Part shown: piece after piece, positions 27,012 through 39,464 of the stretch
How positions within the stretch are numbered: position 1 is the stretch's first letter
How the letters are laid out: each line of letters starts with the position of its first letter
Assembly (NCBI GenBank): GCA_951406725.2
Contig: OX597821.1
Location: 63,302,001-63,366,000, forward strand
Reading direction: 5' to 3'
Length of the DNA stretch: 64,000 nucleotides
Origin: Octopus vulgaris
Taxonomy: Eukaryota
Program-made: the position numbers and the translations under genes
The notes under the pieces: model-generated
What the model saw: the letters and a program-made list of their open reading frames with translations, nothing else
What the model was told of the DNA's origin: nothing
Database searches by the model: none

Positions 27012-27128
27012 CCTGCTCGCTTAGCCACCGGCGTGGCGTCATTTGAAGGCTAAAACAATACGAAGCGCACTGTGACCAGCGATGTGTAGCAACATCTGAT
27101 AGCCTGGTCGGTCACGTGATCCCGTGAT
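27008..27128 (+). mobile_element. Short insert in (TA)n, probably a retroelement 3' end
   Basis: 120 bp of mixed sequence between TA tracts, ending TCACGTGATCCCGTGAT. Confidence 0.45.
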
Positions 27129-27158
27129 ATATATGTATATATACATATACATACGTAT

Positions 27159-27222
<64 letters not shown>

Positions 27223-27226
<4 letters not shown>

Positions 27227-27635
27227 CGCAGGAGTGGCTGTGTGGTAATTAGCTTGCTAACCAACTACATCGTTCCGGGTCCAGTCCCACTGTGTGGCAT
27301 CTTGGGCAAGTGTCTTCTGCTATAGCCCCGGGCCGACCAATGCCTTGTGAGTGGATTTGGTAGACGAAAACTGAAAGAAGCCTGTCGTATATATGTATAT
27401 ATATATATGTGTATGTTTGTGTGTGTGTGTGTTTGTCCCCCTAGCATTGCTTGACAACCGATGCTGGTGTGTTTACGTCCCTGTCACTTAGCGGTTCAGC
27501 AAAAGAGACCGATAGAATAAGTACTGGGCTAACAAAGAATAAGTCCCGGGGTCGATTTGCTCGACTAAAGGCGGTGCTCCAGCATGGCCGCAGTCAAATG
27601 ACTGAAACAAGTAAAAGGGTAAAAGAGTAAAAGAG
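27223..27635 (+). mobile_element. SINE family A, near-intact reference copy
   Basis: tRNA-like head with A-box (TGGCTGTGTGG) and B-box-like motifs, CTTGGGCAAGTG core, internal microsatellite, and tail GGCGGTGCTCCAGCATGGCCGCAG...(GTAAAAGA)n. Confidence 0.9.
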
Positions 27636-27989
27636 TATATGTATGTATATACACGTGTATGCATGTGTGCTTCTGCATGTTTGTCTCTCTCTTTACATAT
27701 GTGAGTAAATACTACATAATATATATGTTCTCGTGGTCATAACAGTTTCTTTAAAAAGTTGGAGTCATTGCAATTTGACTCCGTTTCGATCCCATTGCAC
27801 CCTCTTTCAGCGACTGCGTTTTTATACTATGTTGTTTTTATACTACGTTGTGGAACTACGTTGTTCGAATAAGCCAATCTTCAGCGGAATGGTTTTAACT
27901 TTTGCTCGATCAATATAATGTCAGTAGAATTTTGTAGCTAGAAACACCAAGCAATTTGTCATTCACGCCCACAGACACACAAACACACG

Positions 27990-28060
<71 letters not shown>

Positions 28061-29291
28061 AGAACTTTTGTATTTGTGTGTGATTAAGTCGAAAATGAAA
28101 GTCTACTCGTGTTTCGTCTGACAAGTGGCTGATCAACATAATCAGTGATCAATCAGTTGTCGGGCTAAAATTCTGTAGACTGAAATTTTTTTTTAGAATA
28201 CGCGAATTTTTCCACTGAGCTCTATATCAGATATTATTTATTATATACTAGCAGTATTACCCGGCGTTGCCCTGGATTAAGTTACGATTATTAAGCTAAC
28301 CAAATTCTTTATTTCAAACCAAACTAAGATATATCGACGTCAAATTTGGGCAAAATCCGTTGAAATTGGTTATATTATATATATATATTATATATATATA
28401 ATATAAAATAAATATATATGGGCAACAGACACGAACACACATGTACGTACGTACACCTATTGCATGTTTTGTGCATGCATACATGCTCATAAACAGAAAT
28501 GAATGGAAAAATGTTGTTAAATTTGTAGATTAACACTCGCACGATTTTCACTAAGAAAAATAATCGTTTTTTTTTGCGTGGAATCAACTACTCTGGCCTC
28601 TTAATATGCTACAAAACCCTTTTTGTGGTCCGTGAAACGGAGTGGGTGTGGTGGAAGCCTCGGAAATTGTACCCATTTATATCGTGCAATTCACTGACAA
28701 ATTGCTACTCACCTCTTTGTTTCTTTGTTGTTAAATAAATGGATTGTCAACAAAACACTTTTTTACTCGGCGTAAAATAAAAACAAAACTCTTTCGCACT
28801 CAAAGTAACGTGTGTGAGAGAGAGGGGGGAAGATGAAAGATTTAAAATAAATTAATGATTTAAAATAAATATATTGTAATTGTTGTGTGAGAAAGTATAT
28901 ATACTATGATTATAAAATATAGTGTCTTTCAAAAACAACCTGAATTTGGACACTATATCTCGTGTTTAAGAAAAGACAAAATATTTTACATTTTATATTT
29001 TATGAAGGTCGTCACTTACGCTCTCTCTCCCTCTCTCAATTTGTCTTTCCCGTGAAACTCTCTGCCTCTCTTCCACTTTTCTTTATTTTTTTTTTTTTTT
29101 TTTGTTAGACGCCGTCAAAGAGCTACGGCTGAAAATAGATTTTTACCGCTATCCGCGGGTGCCACGGGGAAAAAATAAGTTGACAAAACCCAGAAAGGAT
29201 GTTAACGAATGTCCCCCTAATATTTGAGCGACATGCGTGCGCATTTGTGCATGTGCATAAACTACAATCACGTACACACACACATCTTGCC

Positions 29292-29352
<61 letters not shown>

Positions 29353-30396
29353 GATATATATATATAAATATATATGTTCTCCCAACCACATGGTTCTGGG
29401 TTCAGTAATATTGCATGACATCTTGGACGAGTATCTTCTGCTATAGACACGGGTCGACCATATATCTGGTTGATGTAAACCGTAAGAAGCCCGTCATATA
29501 TATTTTCAAAAAAATGTTTGAAAATTTTCACCAAAAGCTTTTGAAAAAGTTTTTAAAAATTATACCCAAAAATTTTTCAAAAATTTTTGTGTAACATTTT
29601 CAAAAAGTTTTGAGGAAAATTTAGAAAAAAATTTACAAACATTTTTAATCGCTGTTGTGACACAATTCAATGATGTATGAGATATCTAAGACAATGTGAT
29701 GTTTTGACCATATTGTGTCACGCAATGGATACCAATGTAAGAGCCTCTACCTGGTCGCACCACACGTTAAAAATAGCAGCCAAATTACCCCCTACCTAAA
29801 TCACATGTATGTTATGTCCTAGATTATCCCTAAAATGTCGGTTTCCTGCAGGCTGGAATGTCTTTAATGATACATTTTCAGTATGAGGGTTGATTTGAGG
29901 CTAAATAACAACATTATAGTCAATTTCTATATTAACACCCGCACGATTTTCACTAAGAAAAAAAAAAAGATTTTTTGTGTGGAATCAAGACCTTGACCTC
30001 CTAATGTGCTGCAAATCCCTTATTTTGGTTCGGAAAAAATTAGGTGGGGTTTACCCTCCCAATCCCGGAATCGATGGAAATGTTTTTTCGTTGAATGAGT
30101 TCCTGTGACCTCCTAATATTGCAAAATTAGGTTACTTAAGATGAGCCTGATAATTGATCGTTTTGGGATCTTGTTTGTAATTTTTGGTTATCCATGTTGC
30201 AACGAACAACATGGTAAAATCCTTGCCATAAATTTGGTGTAGATGGGTAACATCGAATAATTCAATCACAACATTTATTTAAATTCAACATGGATAAATT
30301 GAAATATTATTTTTCAGTATTTTATAAGGTAAAATCTTAAATTATTGACACATTATTACTTATCTTATAACAGCAATGTCTGGAAAAATCATGGAT

Positions 30397-30893
30397 TGCA
30401 TGGAAAAATGCAAGCACGAAAAATAATATTCTTAAGATTATAAACCTGGAAAAGAACAGGACACCTGTAAGAGTATAGGACAAGCTATTACTTCAAGTAA
30501 AGAATAAGAAACATTTTACTTAAACTCTTGCAGCTAAAATTTAAATTTGAATATTAAAAATGATTCTATTATAGTTTTCAAATAACACTATACATATTTA
30601 AGTACAATTTGGCTACTTTACTACTTTAAATACAGAAAATAGTGACTAATTAGAAAAACTTGCAAATTAGCTGAACATTTTTGGTGCAAAAAAAGATGAG
30701 AACTCTAAAGAATGATAAATTAGAAGAAGTGGCATTCTTTGGTGCAATATTTTAAGTAAAAAGTTTCTTATTCTTTATTTTACTTGAAGCAGTAGTTTGT
30801 CCTATACGTTTACAGGTGTCATAACTTGTCCCGTACTTTTCCAGGTTTATAATCTTAAAAATATTACTTTTCATGCTTGCATTTTCCCATGTA
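30397..30893. mobile_element. Long-TIR MITE, same family as 8431-8883, nested in the Helitron
   Basis: CATGGAAAAATGCAAGCA...TGCTTGCATTTTCCCATG inverted arms. Confidence 0.8.
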
Positions 30894-30969
30894 TATATAT
30901 AAATATATGACAGTACATGAAGTTTGTTAAAAAAAAGGGGATCATGTATATACCTCCTGGCTGTTGTGA

Positions 30970-33860
30970 TTATAACACCTCGTTGTAAACAATGTTCCTT
31001 GTTTTTCCTTGTGGAGCATATACAAAAAGGTTTCTTTTGGTTCCTACTCTTGAGCAGCCAACATACAGTTGCCCATGCGAGGATCAGGGCTCTTCCAAGG
31101 GGAGAACAGCTACAGAGAGGGTTTGACCCTGAGATTTGTTAATGGACATGGCAGAGCTGACACGAAGGGGGAATTTTGCAGTCTTCTGAATGTAAATGGA
31201 ATTTCTGCTCCTGATGGCGTAAGAGGAATTCTTGGAATAAAGACGTCATCACCTTTTCCACATCCAGAAAGAATGATCGCCTCGATAACGTGTGACATCA
31301 TTTTCTTTATCATCAGTCGTGTTTCATTGCAAAGTCTTGGTGGTTCCAGATTTCGGAGTAGCATTACAGGAGTTCCAACTTTAAGTGCTAATATGTGTGG
31401 AGGTAGTCCAGGAGGCTTCAGTGAATTGAGAAATTCAGGAGGATAGTTCACAACTTCATTTATATCTGGAATTGTATCAACAGACTTGTAAGTGTGTATA
31501 GTGCTGGGAAGAGAATGCATTAGCTGTTGCTCAATTTTGTTAACAGCGACGTTTTTTGGAGCTAATATTGCTCTTTCACACAGCCAATTGTGATTTTGGT
31601 AGTTTTGTGTGAAGTTGGTTGGGAAAGACTTCGTTTTTGAGGTCATCTACAGAATTAACAACAGAGGAAAATGACCCCACTTCCATTTGTCCTGCAGCAT
31701 CGAGAGGCGTCGCCTTCACCAAGTGTCAAAATGTCCTGTGCAAACTTTGTGGATATTTTGTCGCCGTGTAGCTGAGCTCTCATGTTAGTGGTGAGACTGA
31801 GGATTGTAACATGATGCCACAGGGTAGAGGACTTTAGGCTTGGACTTCATCTACTCTAGTGCCTTTCGGAATGACAGGAAGAGTTTGCCTGAAATCACCT
31901 GACAACAGAAGCGTTACACCTCCCATTGGAGCCTGACAGTCTCGGATGCTTTTCAGGGCTCTATCCAATGCTTCCAAAGCTCCCTTGTGAGCCATAGTGC
32001 ACTCATCCTAGACAATTAGATGACACATTTTAAGTACTTGTCCCTGATCTGAGTTTTCGTTGATGTTGCATGAAGGCATTTCGGATGCTGCTAAATTGAG
32101 AGGGAGTTTAAAGTTGAGTGTGCTGTCCTGCCACCGGGTAACAAAGTAGCTGCAATGCCAGAGGAGGCTACAGCTACTGCAATGTCCTGATGCTGCCTAA
32201 CTTCTGCAAGGAGAAGCTTTGTAATAAATGTTTTCCTGTCTCTCCAGGAGCATCGAGGAAGAAGATTCGTCCCTCGCGTTGGAGTACACTGTTAAGAATA
32301 GTTCTGTAGGCCTGCAGCTGGTCCAGAAGTAAGTTAGGCTCATTTTCAACAATGTACTTTGAAAGCGCTTGAGTGTCGTAGGTTGTTTCACGAATGACAG
32401 CAGTGGGAAGGCTATTTGACCCTGACCTGAATGCTTGTGGCAGGCCATACGTCGACAATTCATTTCCACCCAGTTTAGCAATTCTGTCTTCAATGTCAAT
32501 GAGTGTTTTGTTACAGATTTCATTGCTGATACCCTCCATGTCAGGACAGAGCAGTTGAGCTTGGCGCTGAAAGTCTTCAGCCAGGTGGTCTCTATATTTG
32601 AGCCATAGAGTGGCCGGATCACACAGTTCGCATGCCTGTAGTAATACTGCAAACAGTGCCCTGAGACTTTTAGGTGATTATGATATAGCAGCCTCTCCTA
32701 AAGTTGCATCCCATTGTGCACCATCTTCTAACAGAACTTGTCGATAGCAGGCTTCTCTGTATGTTGCGCAGACATGTCCATGAACGGTTTTTAGGGCCTG
32801 GAAAGAGGTTGGCCATCTGATCTCATAAAGTAGTAGACGAAGGTAGAAGCACTCTTGTTGAGTGGGATGCACTATGTATACTCGCCCAAGGCAAGTGAGA
32901 AACTTAATGCCAGGGTATCCATGAACATTTTGACCTGCTTTCCGTGGGGCCCATTTTTTCCCATTCCAAGTGTAGTACGATGGAATCTGTGGATACAGCA
33001 ACGTTTGAGCGAATGGATCCACTTGACAAAGTTTGAAGAATGCAGTGAGTGTGCTATCCCTTGATTCCTCTGCCAACAGAGAAGCATTAGCATCGGTGAA
33101 GTACACTCTTTGACCATTTTCCAGGTGCACTGCAAGCTGTTGAATGGCGGGGTGTCGTTGGTGAATTGGAAAGCCAAAGATGCGCCAGAAAGCCTCGTTG
33201 CTACTTATGTACCGTCCCACCTGATAATGTGTCACCTCATCCTGGCAGTATTCTTGTTGACGTCCAAACATTGCAGCGTCAGAACCCTTGTTTACATATT
33301 TGCAAACGCACTTGATGGACTTAACGGAGTTGCAAAACTCAACGTTGATGTGGGCATTGAAAGTCTTTGACAGGAGTAGACAGTATAGAACAATCCATCT
33401 ATTATCAATATCGTGCTGTCCGATAGTTGCTGTGAAACTTCCGTCTTCTGGTTTTCTGCGTTTGTATGATGGATACCCATCAGCACCTGTCTGAGTTTCT
33501 TGTAAGAACCTCCTTGGAAATCTTTTTGAACATATGCTGTCCTTCAAGCATGGTGAGTTTATGTTGAATCCACACCCACATGGACCATGTACCATGTTTG
33601 CTTTAACTATTTCGTATAGTTCTTTGTCTAAAGCTGGATCAGGAAGCTCTGCAGAGAGTATGTTGTCAATGTCATTGTAATTGATTTTCACTGAGAGCCA
33701 AAACAGGATATGAGCATGTGGAAGGCCCCTTTTTTGCCACTCGATTGTGTACATGCCACATTGTATGGGCCCAAAGACTTGCCCTTTTTGTATGAGCTCC
33801 ATGAGAGAGATTAACTTGAGATGGAAAACTCGGGCGTTGAGATTCCGGTTCGAATGTAAG
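30970..33860 (-). pseudogene. Helitron RepHel pseudogene (HUH Rep plus PIF1-type helicase)
   Basis: Rep motifs YTIEWQKRGLPHAHIL, MVHGPCG and HINVEFCNSVKSIKCVCKYVNKG. Helicase motifs FFLDAPGETGK, YPPEFLNSL..LKVGTPVMLLRNL, HGQLYVGCSRV and TRNIVYNEVL*. Several stops and frameshifts. Confidence 0.95.
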
Positions 33861-33984
33861 GTAGGTTTGAAAGTGTTCCCAACAGTTATTAGTTGTAGTG
33901 GTAGAGTGTTTATGCCGAATATGTACGTATGCATGTATATATATATATGTATGTATGCCTGTATAAATGTACAATTTCTACTGA

Positions 33985-34108
33985 GAAGACTTTTGTTGGT
34001 CTGAGGCTATAACAGAAGACACATGCCAAGTCACCACACAGTGGGACTGAACCCAGGACCATGTGTTTTGAACGTAGTTTGTTACTACACAGCCACTCCT
34101 GCCCCTAT
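33985..34108 (-). mobile_element. SINE family A 5' fragment inside the Helitron
   Basis: Reverse complement of the family A head. Confidence 0.75.
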
Positions 34109-35154
34109 GTATGTGTGTGTGTGTGTGTGTGCGTATGTGTGTATGAGTAGATATATTATGCATGTATATATATGTGTATATATATGTGTACATATTACAT
34201 GTACATCTATATATATACACCTACGCATAAAATACAAAATACAAAGTTATATTTTGATATCGCTAGAGATAACAAAACTCAAAATTGGAATTGTAGGCCT
34301 GTCTCTTGCAATTTCGATCAATTGGATCTTGTCCTCCCTCTTGTATAGAAGTGTACGGTTGCAGCGAAATTCATTTTTGGACTTTCTTCTATCGAAGGCA
34401 TTTAACAAAAATGCTTCCGTAAAACTGTGAAAATATTGTCAATCTCCCCAAACAGGGACACAATTCAATTTTTAAACAATAACCAAAGCCCCTTCTCTAA
34501 AAGGGGGAGGGTTACGGTTTACAATTATTTAACAAATGCAACACAACAACGTTTCCCTGACGAGGAACCAACAAACGTGATTACAATAGTCAAACAGTAA
34601 TAATAATAACAACAAACCTTTTTAATTTATCTACATTTATGTGAAACCACTTATTCAAGTTCAAGTCATTGATGCAATTTTATACGAATTGCTAATACAC
34701 ACACACACACACACATAATAAGGGTGAAAAATTGATTATTAATTTGATTAATATGAATTGAAAAGCAGTGGTGTAGCATATAAGACCATAGCGAATCTTC
34801 TAGCAAAATGGATGACCATTGTTAATGGTTCGTCCCTGTTATATAATACTTTCACTTTAATAGTGAAAGTGTCTTCATTACAAAAGAGAGATGTTTTTGT
34901 TTCACTTTTCACACGTAATACTGAAATAGTGGAGAAGATATGATATTGCTGTGGGGTCGCCCTAGGGGAAAAGTTAAGATTTTTTTGCCGATGGCACTCC
35001 CCGGACCTTAAGTAAGGCATGTGTAAAATTTGAATGAAATTGATTGTGTAGTTCTCAAATTTTAGGGAAACACACAGACAGACAGACACACATTCTCAGT
35101 TATATATATAGAGAGATATTCGTGTATATTTTGTAATTCTTTTATTATGATATA

Positions 35155-35350
35155 AGCCGGTGAGCTGGCAGAATCGTCAGCACGCCGGGTGAAATGCTTA
35201 GCGTCATTTCGTCCGTTTTGAGTTCAAATTCCGCCGAGGTCGACTTTACTTTTCATCCCTTTCTGGATTGTTATAATAGGCGCCAGATAAGAACTAAGTT
35301 CAACCTAATTGACTTGCCCCTCCCTCAAAATTGCTGGCCTAGTGACTACA
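35155..35350 (+). mobile_element. SINE family B monomer
   Basis: GAGCTGGCAGAATCG...GAGTTCAAATTCCGCCGAGGTCGAC. Confidence 0.75.
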
Positions 35351-35419
35351 CTTGAAAGTAATATTTTAATTATGTATAACAGGTGTGGGTGAGTATAATA
35401 TAATTATATGTATATTGTA

Positions 35420-36335
35420 TAGTCAGGTAAAGTTGTTCGTTTCTTTCAAATATTATTTGAATTAAAAGGAAAAATATTTTTATCAACGCGTTTAAAATAT
35501 TTTTTTTCTTTTTCATACCTCTATTACCCCCGTGGAACATTTATTGATCGTTTCCATATTTGAATAAATCTTATCCCTTTTCAAACATATGACGATATTA
35601 GTGTCAAATAGAAAACAATGGGCGTTTTCGATACCTACTTCTCTTCATGTTAAAAAAAAATGCCTTCAGTGATACCAAAACCGCTCGAGTTTTTTGTGAT
35701 CTGTACCCAGAAGGCACAATTATCGAAACAACTGCACAGAAATGGTTTTCAGGCTTCAGGAAAATGAAATTCTCTGTGTCCCGGCAAACCCTTTTAGTTC
35801 AATGAGAATCGATGGAACAATCGCATCCACGAAGATACACGCTGATCTACTTGTGAATTCGCCCAACAGAATTGTATGCTCCTAAGATACAGCCTCCCGT
35901 TGCCTTCAGTCGATGGGGAATCCGGCTGAAACGACGCGACCAGCACCACAATGTGCTCCTTCAAACCGACAAGGCCTACCCACATCGCCATTTTTGTCTT
36001 AAAATGCTATTCAAGAGATCGGTTGGTAAGTTCTTCGGTAGCCGCCGTATTCTTCTGATATAGCATTTTTAGATAATCAACTTTTGCGGACGCTCTCGAA
36101 CAGTCTTCGGAACCTTTCGTACCACAACATTGTAGAGTTGAAAATGTGGCTTAATTAATCCCCCAAGTCAAGTGTAATGGCTTTTCCAACGTAGTGGAAC
36201 GTTGGCAAGAAATCGAGAATGATGAAGAAGGAATTATGGACGAATTTGTTAAAATCGGTGATGGAATAACTGGAAAAGAAAATAATAAATAGAAAAAAAA
36301 AAAACGATAAATAGTCGATCGAATTTACCTGATAC
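35420..36335 (+). mobile_element. Degenerate mariner transposon
   Basis: Fragments LLQTDKAYPH (DNARPH-like) and PPYSSDIA (YSPDLA-like). Remnant inverted ends TCAGGTAAA/TTTACCTGA. Confidence 0.65.
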
Positions 36336-36393
36336 CCCTCTATAAGTGTGTGTATGTGCGTGTGTATGTGTATGCATATATGTCTATGAATAG

Positions 36394-36430
<37 letters not shown>

Positions 36431-36787
36431 ACAGTCTCTCTGTATTTGTGTATGTCTCATTCCTTTAAATACATATGGGTGCGTGTATGTGTGCATGCAT
36501 ATACATATATCGACATGTAAACATATACTCTTGCATACATATAGACGTGTGTGCGCGCGCGCGTGCCAAAGTATTTGTATGGATAAATACATAGGAATAA
36601 TGTTTCTAAGAACTCATTCCAATGTCATATACGTGAAAGAATCTGTAAATCAGAAAAGTTATTCAGTATATCTAGGAACTTGGTTTCATGCAGTTCTGCC
36701 TTTTTTTTTAGTAACCTGCACGTGTTGTCTTCCCCTTTCATCACACTGCGTCTTACATTATTTTTTTATTTCATTTGACATGTTGAA

Positions 36788-36822
36788 TCATCATCATCAT
36801 CATCATTATTATTATTATTATA

Positions 36823-36890
<68 letters not shown>

Positions 36891-36948
36891 AATTATTACT
36901 TTTATTATTATTATTGTTATTATTATTATTATTATTATTACTATTATT

Positions 36949-36995
<47 letters not shown>

Positions 36996-37025
36996 AATCA
37001 TCATCACCATTATCATTATTATTAT
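36788..37025. repeat. (CAT)n/(TAT)n microsatellite
   Basis: Directly visible. Confidence 0.95.
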
Positions 37026-37980
37026 GCAGCGAGCTGACAGAATCATTAGCACGCCGGGCAGACTACTTAATTGTATTTCGTCCGTCCTTACGTTCTCAGT
37101 TCAAATCCCGCCGAGGTCGACTTTGACTTTCATTCTTCTGGAGTCGATGAAATAAGTACCAGTTACGGACTGAGGTTGATGTAATCCACTAGCCCCTGCC
37201 CCAAGTAGAAAGGCAGCGAGCTGGCAGAGTCATTAGCACGTCGGACGAAATGCTTGATGGTATTTCGTCAGGCGCTACGTTCAGAGTTCAAATTCCGCCG
37301 AGGTCGACTTTGCCTTTCATCATTTCGGGGTCGATAAATTAAGTACCAGTTACGCACTGGGGTCGATGTAATTGACTTAATACCTATGTCTGTCCTTGTT
37401 TGTCCCCTCTGTGTTTAGCCCCTTGTGGGTAATAAAGAAATAGGTATTTCGTCAGGGGCAACGTTCAGAGTTCAAATTCCGCCGAGGTCGACTTTGCCTT
37501 TATCCTTTCGGGGTTGATTAAATAAGTACCAGTTACGCACTAGGGTCGATATAATCGACTTAATACGTTTGTCTGTCCTTGTTTGTCCTCTCTGTGTTTA
37601 GCCCCTTGTGGATAGTAATGAAATAGGTAATTTCGTCTGCCGTTACGTTCTGAGTTCAAATTCCATCGAGGTCGACTTTGCCTTTCATCCTTTCGGGGTC
37701 GATTAAATAAGTACCAGTTACACACTGGGGTCGATATAATCGACTTAGTCCGTTTGTCTGTCCTTGTTTGGCCCTTCGTATTTTAACCCCCTTGTGGATA
37801 GTAAATAAATAGGTATTTCGTATGGCGCTATATTCTGAGTTCAAATTCCGCCGAGGTAGATTTTGTCTTTTATCCTTTCGTTGTCGATAATTAAGTACCA
37901 GTTGAGTACTGCGGTCGATGTAATCAACTAGCCCCTTTCCCCAAAATTTCAGACCTTGTGCCTTTAGTAGAAGGGATTAT
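37026..37980 (+). mobile_element. SINE family B tandem array (a monomer plus a multimer of ~184-bp units)
   Basis: GGTATTTCGT-type unit starts near 37259, 37443, 37626 and 37812. Confidence 0.85.
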
Positions 37981-38125
37981 TATTATCCTTGTGATCATCT
38001 GACTAGTTGTACACGAGGAGAATTCAATGTTTTTTAACATAAAACTTAGTTTCTACAAGGTGCCACGCAGTGGGACTGAACCCGGAACCATGTGGTTGGT
38101 AAGCAAGCTACTTAGCACACAGCCA

Positions 38126-38195
38126 ATGCTTTCTTCGAATGTCACTATACAGTACTAACACTAAACAAAGTATACTATGCGACTATTAATATCCA

Positions 38196-38267
<72 letters not shown>

Positions 38268-38439
38268 TTTCTACTCCAGGTACAAAGCCGAAATTTTGGG
38301 GAAGGTGACCTGTCAATTAGATCAATCCCGACGTGCTAACGTTTCTGCCGGCTCGCCACCTTTAATTAGTGAATATTAATAGTCGCACAGTATACTTTGT
38401 TTAGTGTTAGAACGGTATAGCGACTTTCGAAGAAAGCAT
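38126..38439. repeat. Inverted duplication of 75 bp around (TA)n and SINE scraps
   Basis: 38126-38200 is about 90% identical to the reverse complement of 38365-38439. Confidence 0.85.
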
Positions 38440-38896
38440 ATGGAATTATTGCCAGAAGGAAAGTAAAGGAAAACCAGTGGGGAAATTATCCGACTGTTAG
38501 GTTTGTGTTGTCAGGAACATTTATATAAATGTTGTACAATGTCCTTGGGTTTTCCTTTACAAATAAGGTATACACACAAACACGCACATCAACATACGCG
38601 CACACAGGCATTGTAGGTAGGTAATGGATTTTGTCTAAGTGGAATGCACCAACAAACAGGTGCGTATCATTTTTGGGATATGACTTAGTACAAACACGCG
38701 GGTGCACCCCCCGCACACAACATGCACAAAGCGCACACAAACCGACAATACACTGACAAATAATCAAAATGAACTTAAAATATTATGTGTAATATAGTTT
38801 TATTTATTCAGGTGAGTTTTCCATTCATCAGTTTAACCAGTGCTAAGCATTCACTGTGTGTTTAACGTTTATAAGGAAATAACGAATCATTTAACA

Positions 38897-39464
38897 AGCG
38901 ATGTCCGGAAAGTTCGTGCCGATTTATAGTAGCTTACATTTCGACTTATTTTAGAACATGTTTGAGTCCATAAAATAGGATTTTAATACACCTCCATTTA
39001 GAGCACAGTTTAAGCTATATTTTCGTGGAAAAAAGTTTATGTTCTTATAACCTGTGTTCATTCTGTAACCCTTTAAAATGGAAGATAAGAAAGTTCATTT
39101 TCGGCACTTGATGCTTTGGGAGCCAGACAAAAATTGCTGTAGCTCGGCTGGGATGTGTTACCCAACCGTCCATATTTACCAGATAATGATCCTTTGGATT
39201 TCCATATCTACCGGTCTCTGCAGAATAGTCTTAATTGTAAAAATTTCAATTCCTTGGATGACGTAAAAAGATATCTTGATGAATTCTTTGCCATGAAACC
39301 ATCTCAATTCTGGGAAGAGGGTATTTTCAAGTTAAAGGAAAGATGGAGATGCATTGTGCAAAAAAAAAGGTTCATATTTGGTTGATTAAAAATATAATGG
39401 CAAGTATTTATTGACCTTTTTCTTTCCTTTAAAAATCGGCACGAACTTTCCAGACAACCCAATA
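38897..39464 (+). mobile_element. Internally deleted mariner transposon
   Basis: TIR TGTC(C/T)GGAAAGTTCGTGCCGATTT at both ends. MEDKKVHFRHLMLW N-terminus fused to PYLPDNDPLDFHIYRSLQNSL...GIFKLKERW C-terminus. Confidence 0.9.

Larger units (their letters stand above)
28248..35116 (-). mobile_element. Helitron with both termini
   Basis: Minus-strand 5' end A|TCTCTCTATATATATAACTGAGAATGTGTGTCTGTCTG at 35116. 3' end CCAGGGCAACGCCGGGTAATACTGCTAG|T at 28248. RepHel relic inside. Confidence 0.85.

Noticed and set aside
37210-37980. Regular array resembling CRISPR or a tRNA cluster
   Set aside because: Whole units are homologous SINE bodies, with no unique spacers and no full cloverleaf.
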